Both the position numbers and the translations under genes were made by a program. Below are positions 39,725 to 52,569 of a stretch of 64,000 bases of DNA, piece after piece; position 1 is the stretch's first letter, and every line of letters begins with the position of its first letter. The stretch is from Eledone cirrhosa. Lineage: Eukaryota. The notes below the pieces were generated by a model. It searched no databases. It was not told the origin of the DNA and worked only from the letters and a program-made list of their open reading frames with translations. The stretch is taken from NCBI GenBank assembly GCA_964016885.1, contig OZ024743.1:351044001-351108000 (forward strand). Reading direction: 5' to 3'.

Positions 39725-41340
39725 AAGGTGGACTTTACTTCTAACCCCACATGTAGACTAATAAACCCGGCACGCACAGATATGGGACTAGTCAGTAAGG
39801 CCATACTTAGAAACATAGTTAAGACCATTAGGACCAAGTCCAACCTGTCCCAGTGGGAGAACAGCAACTCCGTAATTAAGTGGTTTAACTCCTTCAAATC
39901 CAAAAAAGCGAAGTTCACACAGTTTGACATTGTCGAGGCTAGTGTTAGATTTAGCTAATATGAGTGCCTTATTTAAGAGTATGGGGGATATAGAGGCGTA
40001 GTAACTATCTATGTCAAACTGGATGAACTTCAGGGTCGCTTTATCCGGCAACTCGGTGAACCAATTTATGACCTGGTCGGTGTTGCCCCAGAGGCAGACC
40101 TTAGCCTTTCTATTAAGCTTCAGTAGTACTCTGTCGAGGATCACTTTACTAATCTTACCTATATCAGATGTAGAGGGACATATTAGTCTAATAGAGGGGC
40201 TTTCATTAAAGTTACATTTGTGATCCTTAAGAGAGAATCTAGGCGTCAGAGGGACGTACGGGTTAGTGTACTTTTCTATTTCTAAGCTGGTAACTATATC
40301 CTTCCCTACTCTATTTATGTCATTCAGGGTACTAGAGGGTATCTTTTTGTAGTCTTTGTGTAGTTCCTTATAAATGAATTTGTTATACTTGCTCGCGTCC
40401 ATCTTGTACAGCTTCTTGGTTTTGTCAGAGGTGACGAAGAGGTGCGGGTCATTCTTGATCTTAGTTATTAGTGGATCAAGGGACGTTAAGAATGGATTGC
40501 TGCATCGGTGTTTCTTTCTGAACTTAACGTTTTTGATCATTTTCAGCAGATCCTCCTCAAAGGAGTATAGTAAGGTGCTCATGGAGCTCTACCACATCAT
40601 AACTACACCCAACGAGCTCATCAACAGCAGAGCCGAAACGACGATAAGTTGTACACATCGCTTAAAAATATCCTTCTTCAGATGGGTTAAGGATGAGGAG
40701 TGAAACCGTGTACCGGGTCTCCCTGCAACAAGCTTTAACACCCCGGCGGGCAGGCGCTGCAAAAAACACCCAGGAAACTAACCATGCATCCCAGACCCAG
40801 ACCCAGCCTCAAAACGACCCAGGCAAGCAGGTGCGGTAAACAAACGTCTCAAAATAAGCGTTGATTACATGACCCTGTGCGTATCGACAATGATAAGGTT
40901 GTAACCACATCTTGTAACGGATAAAAAATTTGTCCGGGAAAGACTGTCCTAACACCGACCAGAGTTACCTCCCTTGACCTCCTGCAAAATAAAAACACGC
41001 TTTTTTTGCGAGAATGAATCATGACGTGAACTTAACCCCCAAAACACTTTCCGAGCAATGTAAGGAACACTTTTGGTTATTTATGCCCTTGACAAGCCCA
41101 ACGGGGCGAAACGTACGTAGGTGCTGTTTTAAATAAACATGTTTTAACGGTCTGTACTCCGATTTCTTACTTTTCCACGTGCTTACGCTCTGCTAACTCT
41201 CTCGCCCAGTAAATATTAACACTTCTAATATTTAATACTGCCGGCACTAGTATTGAGCACCTTTTGCATACGCTATTTGGCAAATAACTACATGTATCAC
41301 CTATCCTTCCTTTTTTTATCTCTCTCGATACGTAAATACT
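39725..41340. mobile_element. Composite Penelope-like (Naiad-type) insertion: plus RT piece, minus RT piece, plus endonuclease end with pLTR
   Basis: Plus 39725-39935: PTCRLINPARTDMGLVSK..FTQFDIVE. Minus 40600-39940: SDKT..LKDHK..IRLICPSTSDIGKISK..IQFDIDSYYASI. Plus 40583-40703: ELYHII..ELINSRAE..CTH. Hammerhead at 41085. Confidence 0.88.
41085..41124 (+). ncRNA. Minimal hammerhead variant with U3-A8 core (UUGACAA)
   Basis: gccc-TTGACAA-gccc aacg gggc-GAAAC-gtac-GTA-ggtgc; palindromic helix III ACGTACGT. Confidence 0.7.
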
Positions 41341-41849
41341 TTATATATATATATATATATATATATAGGTATGTATGTATGTATACCTATATGTTATGTA
41401 CATGTATGTGCGAGTGAAAGGGGCTATGCGAGTGAGTGCGCGCGTGTCTGAATATATGTTATAAACAATGTTTTCATCTAACTATAAAAGTTTGCTTGAT
41501 TGAAATTCAAGCCCACATGAAAACGGTTTACTAAGGTTTAAAAAGAGAGAAGGTTTAAGTTTTGTGCAATGTGGAAATAAGAGATCAAGTGTATGTTTGA
41601 GTATATGTTGAGTATATGATTCCAGTTCCTCAGAAGAATAACAACACAACCAGGAGCTGGACATATCGATGTATTGACGGAGTAAAACACATTTCAACAA
41701 CATGTGTACCTGTCTTTCCCACACCAATTCGGTCTGCCTGAAGAGGTCACAGCCAATGATGGCTGTCTCTGAAATATATATAGCAGTATATCTATAATTT
41801 ATAATAAACGAAGCCAAATTTTGCATATTTGAATTAATTATTTTATATA

Positions 41850-41951
<102 letters not shown>

Positions 41952-42009
41952 GTAATTCCGTCGGAAAAGTCCAGGAAAAAAGAGTGCTCTATGTAGGTAA
42001 CAGAGCTTA

Positions 42010-42381
<372 letters not shown>

Positions 42382-42618
42382 GGAGACCACTAATCATGGA
42401 AGTACCCGATGCATGGGGAGATGCAGAGTGAGTATAGAGATATGTAAAATCCCGACTGCGGCGGCAAGCGGTTTCGGCTTGTATGTTCAGCAACCTTGAA
42501 AAAGGCTTGCTGAAAACACAAACGAAAACCACTTGGCGCCTCGGTCGGGAATTTACATATCTCATTCTCTCTCGCTCTTTCTCTCTCTCTCTTTCTCCCT
42601 CTCTCTCTGTCTCACTGC

Positions 42619-42654
<36 letters not shown>

Positions 42655-44171
42655 CCGGATAGAACCAGTTCTAAACTAGTTAGACAATTTCTCAACAGAG
42701 TACTCAATAATTGGGACAGTATTGTATGACTGGCGAGGCCCCGATTCTTTCTGATATATATATATATATCCTCCTTCCTCATCTCTCAATCGTTCTGTCT
42801 CTCTATCTTTATTGTTGTTGTTTTTTTTATTTTTGTACCTTTGTAGTTTATTTAGGATAGGAAGATGATATTTATCTGTGTTGCTATAACTTTTCTTGTT
42901 GTTGTTGCAGTTGTAGTTCTTACTGCTATAATGCTAACTGATGTTGCTGTCGTTTTTGTTATTGTTATTGAATGCAGGGCGTTGCAATATCTTACAATAA
43001 CTCTGTGGTCACCTTTCTACATACAATGCCGCAGAAGATTTATATCTTTAAAAATGAACATCTTACAATCTCAAAGTCGAAGCATACCAGCTTCTATATA
43101 TATGTCTTACTGTGGCTACTTTAATCTGTGATCATGCTGGAACTAGCTCAGTAACCATGTGAGAAGGACAAATACTAGTATTGCTTGAGCAATGTTGATC
43201 AACATGTTTATAGGTATACCTGTCTGTCATTCGGTTGAAATTCCATGTTAGTCGAATACACAAGGTTCCAACCACTATAAGTAGCGTATCTATCCAAATT
43301 CTATTTCACATCTGCCATAAAGTATTCAAGACTAAATAGGGGTTCAGTAGTCATCTAAGGGTCTACGATTGAAAAATAAACGTCTCATTCAATAGACCAA
43401 TAACCAAGGACATTCAAGTCATGACCATTCTTTTCAAGCATAATATATTTAGGGCATTATTTAAGGGAGCTTTAATTATTATTTCAATTCGACCGATTTC
43501 AGTTTTAAAGTCTGGTCTAATTCCAGAGGTACACCAGCCCGGAGCTTGGCCATATTCACTGGTGTTAAATGACTGACAGCACACGAAAGGGCACCAGTCT
43601 GTTGCACTTTACTCTCCAGCTGCTGTGAATACTCATTTTCTCAGCTTCGTGAACTGAGGTAACATGGCACCACGTAGCATCTACTTTGAGATCGATACCA
43701 TGACCTTATAGGCGTGAGACTAACACCTTAATCACAAAGCCATATGCCTTCTCTGTAATACTTAATACCTCACTACAAATACATTATAAATACGCATGTC
43801 TAGAAGTGAAATGTTATGTCAGAATATAGGAAGGTTAATTTAGACAAGAGAGTGAATAACAATCCTATAGTTTCACTCTTTATCTCTCCAGCTACATGAT
43901 ATAGGATACCGAACATTGATAACACAAACGCATGTGATCATAAATTTCTATATATATATATACACGAAGGAGGTTGTATTTGTACGAGTGTGGTTAATCC
44001 ATTATAACAGATAGAGAATTATAATACTTAACGTAAAAACTTCAATACGTTATACAGATATACATACATACAGACGCTGAGACACACAGACAGACATATA
44101 TATATATATGTGTGTGTATGTACATTATATATATATGTGCGTGTGTATGTATGTGTGTGTGTATCTATCCA

Positions 44172-44203
<32 letters not shown>

Positions 44204-44216
44204 AGTATAGAACACA

Positions 44217-44317
<101 letters not shown>

Positions 44318-44508
44318 AAGAGAGAGAGTGTGTGTGTGTGTGTGTGTGTTTGAGAGAGAGAGAGATGGAGTGCGTTGGTTAAGACCAGTGGGACAAGTAT
44401 TCAGCTTAGTGCTCTATACTTAAAAAAGCAGAGTGTAGATATTATTATAACGTTTCTTGGTCCTACAATTAAGCTTATTGCAATAGTGTAATTTGGGTAA
44501 ATAAACCT

Positions 44509-44558
<50 letters not shown>

Positions 44559-44612
44559 GGAACAAATGAAACGAAATTTCATTTCCCACTCTTAGTACGG
44601 CTGTTACTTAAA

Positions 44613-45477
<865 letters not shown>

Positions 45478-46077
45478 CATATATTTATATACATATATAT
45501 AATTGTTATGGTTGAGTCTATTAATACTTGGTGGATGCGTAGGGGCACCGTTCAGACACGTGCTTTTGGCATTTCTAAACCTGGCGGAGCCTCTCCCTCT
45601 CTCTGTCAGAACAACCTGTTTCTTACAGAAAGACAGAGAGAGAGAGCGCGAAGGCTAGAGAGAGAGGGAACAATCGACCCCAGTACTGGAGTGGTGTTTC
45701 CTTTATCAGCCTCGAAAGGATGAAAGGCATTGATCTCAGTGGGGTTCGAACTCAGAGCAGAGTACGCTGGAGCAAATATCAAAGCATTTTTAATCCGACA
45801 CCCTAACGACTTTGTATCTACAGGAGGAATATACATACTCATTGAATACATGGGTAATATGGTGGTACAATGTACTTGACCCTAGAAGACCATTGCGATT
45901 ATTCAGATTCTATAATTTGAATTCTGTTTGGAAAGTATTCCAGTGGCACAGAGTCGCCGAGAGAAAATTTGCATGATGGAACATGACTTATTTCGGTTAG
46001 GAGAGCTCCATTCAAAATTTTATGAGGGTTATAAGTTTTTTAGGGATTTATTTAATAGGGAAGTGCTATATATTTAC

Positions 46078-46161
46078 GAAGTCCTCGATGACTTTCCGGG
46101 CCGCAGACCAATGTACTGGCTGAACCATCTTCTAGTTGACAACAGCCAGTGAACAACAGCT
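46078..46161 (-). CDS. Candidate 84-nt symmetric exon; gene not identified
   Basis: Acceptor tcatttcag, donor gtaaat, GC-richer than its flanks; two frames open (e.g. LLFTGCCQLEDGSASTLVCGPESHRGL). Confidence 0.25.
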
Positions 46162-46506
46162 CTGAAATGAATCCCTGAGTAAATGAGATGATATATAGCC
46201 TATCATCTCAGAGGTGCTGAAGGCATTTGAGTAGATCTTGAATAACAAAAACGAACGTCTGTAACTCAATGAATTTTATGTCTTAGTGAGTGAAATATTA
46301 CTAATTAGCTGACAGTCTTATTTTCGGATGTGGTCTAGGAAATCTGTGTATACAGCAGCAGCACTGTCCTTAATTTATTAGTCTCACGTAGACGTTATTA
46401 GCAATTTATAAAAGGTCAAGTGATCAGGTCTGAAATATTTTCTAAGCCTAAAGTGGATGCCTAATCTTGGTGAGGTTTGCAATTATGGCATTATTATATA
46501 TGTGAT

Positions 46507-46867
46507 GGATTGGCAGTATCGGTAGAAGGTCGGACGCCATGCTTTGTAGCATAGAGTTATGCCCCTTTACGGTCTGAGTTCAAATCCCGCCGAGGTTAAC
46601 TTTGCCTTCCATCGTGACGGGATCGATAAAATAAAGTACCAGTAATACACTGGTATTATTGCTGGCCGTATGCCAAAAGTAGAAACAATTATTATATATG
46701 CAGCATAGAATTACGGCCCTTTATGGTCTGAGTTCAAATCACTCCGAGGTTAACTTTGCCTTTCAACCTTACGAGGTAAATAAAATAAAGTACCAGTCAC
46801 GCACTGGTGTCGACTTTCTCCTGCGCCAAAATTGCTGGCCCTGTGCCTATATAAGAACCCAATATTA
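46507..46867 (+). mobile_element. tRNA-derived SINE (Deu/Nin-like): full copy plus 5'-truncated tandem copy
   Basis: Same A-box, B-box and core as 9538. Confidence 0.87.
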
Positions 46868-47025
46868 TATATGTGATGTTGTCCGAAAATAACAAAGAGG
46901 CCTAATATTTATGGCACTGCTAAGGTTTTAACTATATTCTTTGGCGAGATCGGGTATGTATATATGTATGCATGTATGTATGCATTTATGTCTACTGAAA
47001 TATGTATGTACATATATACATACAT

Positions 47026-47797
47026 ACCAAAGATGTCATCGCGGTACTATCTACCTATGAAGCATGATGTAGTGGCCAAAACACTGTACAATGCAGTTCG
47101 TAAAAAAGATAGCCCCGATAATAAACACATTAAAAGCTACAACAATGTGGAAGACATCCATGTACATAATATGAAAGAGTACTGGTGGAATGTTCCAGTA
47201 AAAACCCCAATAAAATGCATGCATAACAGACCAGATATTATGATATCGGACAGGGAGAAGAAAACATGCACAGTAGTGGAAATTAGCTGCCCAGCAGATG
47301 CCAATATAATATCAAAGATTAGTGAAAAGGAGAATATTTATGCAGAACTGATGAGAAACTGCAGATACTCCACCCTGATTACACCTTCAGATTTATGCCT
47401 GTGATTATTGGGACACTGAGATATGTTAGTAACTGCCTCAATACAAATCTTGAGAAGCTAGGCTTCACAGGAACAGAAAGAACACAACTAGTTAGGAAAT
47501 TACAAGTACAATCCATTAATGGAACAGTAAAAATATGTAAAACATTCCAAACATTCTGCATCTAATAACTGCATATACACATGTACAGATACAAAGCATA
47601 TACACATGCACACATACAACTCAAAACATCCACATCCACACATACAATAACATCCATATCTACACATGTATGCATACATACGTACATACCTACCTAGTTG
47701 ATGTTCTCTAAATTCCAATGAGAGAGTCTTGTGTCTATGTTAGAAACCGACTCTCTCTCTATTGGCAAAACTTTGTGAAATTATAAAACCAGAAGAA
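47026..47797 (+). mobile_element. R4/Dong-type RLE retrotransposon, 5'-truncated (endonuclease domain and 3' UTR)
   Basis: KHDVVAKTLY..YWWN..HNRPDIM..VVEISCPAD..KISEKENIYAEL then, after a frameshift, MPVIIGTL..KICKTF: RHD-like and PD-(D/E)xK motifs. (CATA)n flanks. Confidence 0.9.
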
Positions 47798-47837
47798 CAT
47801 ACATACATACATACATACGTACATACACATACATACA

Positions 47838-48429
47838 TGATGGCTGCCCCCTCGTTATCGAGTATGACCATTGCACGATATACCATTATTAATAATTATT
47901 AATTAATTCTCTCGTGCAATGCCTGTGCGGGAAGATATTTTTTAAAGTGAGGAAAGATTGTGCACTGAGCCAATCCCACTCTCTGAGCGACAGTAGCTAT
48001 AACCCGAAAAGAAGAAAAGATCAACATCATCGGTAACTACTGAGCCGCAGGTTTTATATCGGAGTTATCCCAGTTTCCTGAGTAGCCTTCTTCTAGAAGA
48101 ATGCCCTGACAAAGGCTAGGGGTCCTTCACTCCCAGTGGTTTAACCGCGCGATCAGGTGTCCAGCCCGACTATTTCTATGTCCCCGCGCATATCCATACA
48201 TATGTACATGTGTATATACATATTTACACACATTTGGATAGCCGTTGACTCTTATGAGTTCTTTCGCCCTTCGTCAGGTTTTGTTTTTTGTCCTGCAGAG
48301 TGTGCGAAATCACCCTCCTCACCAAGTAAACTTGGTGGGGTTGCCGCTTTAGTCGCCGATGACCCGACCATACGACAGGCTGTACTGGGTTACATGTTAC
48401 CAGTAGCACTCAAGAGTGACGCGACATAA
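47838..48429 (+). mobile_element. Structured (CATA)n-inserted element, subfamily B, apparently full length
   Basis: Starts tgatggctgccccctcg after (CATA)n; ends cactcaagagtgacgcgacataa then (CATA)n. Confidence 0.9.
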
Positions 48430-48641
48430 CATACATACATACATACATACATACATACATACATACATACATACATACATACATACATACATACATACAT
48501 GTAATTACATATATATTAGAATATGTATTTAATATGTATAAATATTCAAGCATTAACTGAATGAGCACTCACTACTTTAAGGTCGAGTGTAAATTATATT
48601 TTCTAAATAAAAACGTGGCATATATTTATATGTGTGTATGT

Positions 48642-48738
<97 letters not shown>

Positions 48739-48864
48739 TGTGTGTGTGTGTGCGTGTGTGTGCGCGTGCGTGCGTGTGTAAATACACCTGTTATTTTTTT
48801 ATCTAAGGACATGTTTTGCAATTCCAATCCGCCCGTCCCTTCAACCTATCTAATTTCTCATCTT

Positions 48865-48900
48865 TCTTCTGATGAAGGACTAGCGTCCGAAACGTTAAGA
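48865..48900 (+). ncRNA. Minimal hammerhead ribozyme in pLTR repeat (~48785-48990)
   Basis: tctt-CTGATGA-a-ggac tagc gtcc-GAAAC-GTT-aaga; stem I tctt/aaga. Confidence 0.78.
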
Positions 48901-49051
48901 CCCTCTGCTTGTTATTTCAAGCGTTAACCTAATATATTCTTTCCATATACTGTACCGATTGTGTTGTTATTTCTGTTTACCTTTTACATACACACACACA
49001 CATATATATATATTTATATATATGTTATCTCTCTCTCTATATATACATATA

Positions 49052-49122
<71 letters not shown>

Positions 49123-50683
49123 TGTATATACATATATGCATATATATATACATACACACACACATATATATATATATATATGTGTGTGTATATGTATGTA
49201 TATATATATATGCATATATGCACATATATATAAATGTGCATATGTATGTATATATATATATATATATGCATATATGCACATATATATATATATATATATA
49301 CTAGTGGAAGCTTAGTAAAATCGAAGCTTTGGCTGTGGGCAAGCAAAGTCGACCTACAATAGGAATGAGTTAGCAAAGCACTCAATAAGGGTAGGTCCTT
49401 AGAGTAATAACATACGTTTAAATAGCTTGACAAATTGAACATTGCGGTAGGCAAAACCCAATCACACAATACCAAAGTAACGAAAGAACTAACAGGTCAA
49501 AAGATACACCTGGACAAATCAAACGATATACGTCTAAAGTGTTTCTATGAATTCGAAATCATTTATCCAACTTACGTAAAACGCACGTTCGTGGTATTCC
49601 AGAGGATTTATTTCATCAACAGGGATTCTGTTCTGCCTCAAAGTGGGGTGAACAAACAAAAATGCGGCCGCTAAGAATGCAGCCAGCGAACACTTAGTTG
49701 TCACGTGTTATTTCCAACAAGGGAAGCAACTCCCGGTTTTTGGCGGGTAAATTCAAAGTGTTAACAAGGGAAATATTATAATTTCCGCTCAAGCATTCCG
49801 AATAAAAGCGCTCAACCAGATGTTATTAAACAAACACAAATAATTAACCAATCAACAGAATTGTCTAATTAAATTATTAAGTTAATTATTAAATCTGCAT
49901 AAACAGAAATTTTCACCAGTTGCCCACACATGAAATCACACTTGCTTTCCAGCTCATATAAACTTAACTCACTTTCAGATACTTATCCTCCATAAACTCT
50001 TGTTCTTCACTTTCCTTAAATTACCCTCTTTACAGACTTCTCTTTCTAATTTACTTTCATTGTTATTTTTAACTTTATTTTTACTTCACATCCACCAGTG
50101 ACCCTCCCTCCCCTGCTTTTTGATTCACTTACTTTATATCTTCACAATTTTACATATTTTACTTCCCCCTTTTCTTTCACATGTCATTTGCGTTTTCATA
50201 TTTTTTATATATATGTATCGACCTTCAGTCTGACACTGCTTTGACTGATACACTCCCTTCCCTGTATATATCACTTGCATTAATGTGGTTGCGCGTGTGT
50301 GTGTGTTTATACGCGTGCTTTTATACTTGTATGTGTATATATTTCAATCCTTAGTCTGTATGCACGTTAACTCTATTATCTTACAATTTCTTTTTTCAAC
50401 ATATATTATATACGTATTTGTGGTCACACAACACTGATATGCTTGCCTTCATGTATGTACTTACGCACACATTTTTTCACTATACACATGCATTTGTACA
50501 TACACACATATGTACATTTGTAGGTGCATCTACACACATTTATACACTTACCCTTACTATATTTCCTTATTTTATTTTTATATATCTCTTGCATTACTTT
50601 TATTTTTATATATTTGTTTTTGCCCGTTAAACGTTTGCCTTCTTGAGGAGATTTTTCAAATATTTCACTATGTTTTCAATTGG

Positions 50684-50749
50684 CTTGTCTGACGAACGAA
50701 TGAGGACGTTTCTTGTATTCGTCTTATTCGGAAAACCTCTGGTAATGAG
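50684..50749 (+). ncRNA. Type I hammerhead, slightly degenerate; related to 15697
   Basis: cttgt-CTGACGA(50689)-a-cgaatgaggacg/cgtcttattcg-GAAAA-CC tct GGT-A-atgag; tagagcactc ~55 nt before (TA)n. Confidence 0.7.
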
Positions 50750-50873
50750 GTAATTATATTGTATTGTTTATTATACATTAAATTTAGCTCTGTCACTTAG
50801 ATAGAGCACTCTTCACTCCTATGACTTTTTCAATTTTCAACGGAAACTTCAATACTTATATATATATACATGC

Positions 50874-50904
<31 letters not shown>

Positions 50905-50947
50905 CATATATATATATACATATATATATATACATATATATATATAC

Positions 50948-51004
<57 letters not shown>

Positions 51005-51017
51005 TATATATATATAC

Positions 51018-51090
<73 letters not shown>

Positions 51091-51091
<1 letters not shown>

Positions 51092-51975
51092 TCTTTTACT
51101 CTTTTACCTGTTCCAGCCATCCGGCTGAGGCCATGCTGTGGCATCGCCCTTGTTGCTACATGTTCTATCTCCAGCCTGTGTTGGCTGGCCATTGGTGTAA
51201 GAGGGAGTTCGTTGCTTCTGCCCTTAGGTTACCTTCGTACCGAGCTGTGGGGTCATCCGGGATCCACTTCTACACCATGCAGATCTCTCAAATTTCTTGG
51301 CAGCTTATTGAAGAGTTGTCCAATCTTGCCATGGAAAAGTGGCCCAATCTTGCAGTTTCTTTTGCAAATTTTAAGAAGGCCTTGGAGGTTTGTTTTAATA
51401 TTTTCTATGGCCCTGGCTTATCTTTCTACGCTCTCCTTCTCATTTGAAAGTTTGAATGCAGTTTCAATTTCAAGTAGTGCCTGTTTCCGATAGGGCTCGA
51501 TCTTGTTTTTCTATTGTGCATTTAAGTCGTTTAATAGCTTAGTTCTCCGTCTCATAAGGGTGTTCCTGTCTCTGGGTATAAGATGTTTGTGTCCGTTGGC
51601 TTTTTTCTCCGGGACAAAATTATGGCATATAGTTTGTATTTTTGTCTTGAAATGTTGAAAATGTGTGCTGGTGTCTTGTGTGGTGATGTTGTCGGTCCAG
51701 TTTTGCTTACAGATCTCTTTCTTGATCTTTTTCCAGTTAGCCTTGTGAAAGTTTAGGCTGGATAAATTCCCCGTGCTTCTTAATGGTTGCGTCTCCGCTG
51801 ACTCCCTCAGACCACATATCATTAGTTTTATTAAGTTATGATCCGAGAAAATCGTTGGTGTCACCTTTACATTGTTGATGAACTGTGTTATTTGTAAAGC
51901 AAAGATCCAGGACATTCTAGCCTTTTGTTGGGGGGGAGTACTGCTTGTTCCATGAAAGCAGTACTCCTCCTGTGT
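51091..51975 (-). mobile_element. CR1/L2-group LINE remnant, internally deleted
   Basis: APE C-terminal PTIFSDHNLI, LNFHKANW, then [12 protein letters not shown] joined to the ORF2 end [31 protein letters not shown] and a (GTAAAAGA)n tail. Confidence 0.75.
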
Positions 51976-52569
51976 ATGAGGACCATCAGGGACTTTGTCT
52001 GTCTCTGTTCGAGTAATCTAGTGACTTGGTTGTTAGACTCTACGATCAAAAGGCCGTGAATTCAATTCCTTGATTATGTTCTTGAACAAAAGAATAAATG
52101 TTTGTAAAGCTTTTCATTGTGATGTTGAATATATAAATGATTATGCTTGTGAGTGCATGTTTGAGCGTGTCTATGTATATAAATATGTGCTGTCTAGTGA
52201 CAACTACAATAACTCTGACCAGTAAAAGTATTAAAAAAGAGTATATATATTTTTATACTTATACATATGCTTCTATATATTCGAGGTGTATACAGATATA
52301 TTGATAAAATGACGTGTGTGCATGTGTGTGTGTACACAATGAGATCAAACGACTACCTTAGTAGTTCTGTACTGGTAAGGGATGATCTGAAGATCCTGTT
52401 CATTCTAGTATTTCATTATTCTCATGAGGATCAATCAAAATCAATCAAATTATTGCTTATTTTCCTTCAGCTACACTACGTTTGCTTTTTTTTCTAATGC
52501 TCCTTTTGTTATTATTTTTGTTTCCCTTGCAATTTTTTATTGTTCTTATTAGAGTTATTACTACGGAAC

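Noticed and set aside
42455-42545. Imperfect inverted repeat with TTGAAAA..GAAAACC
   Set aside because: Possibly another decayed hammerhead fold-back, but too degenerate to fold confidently.
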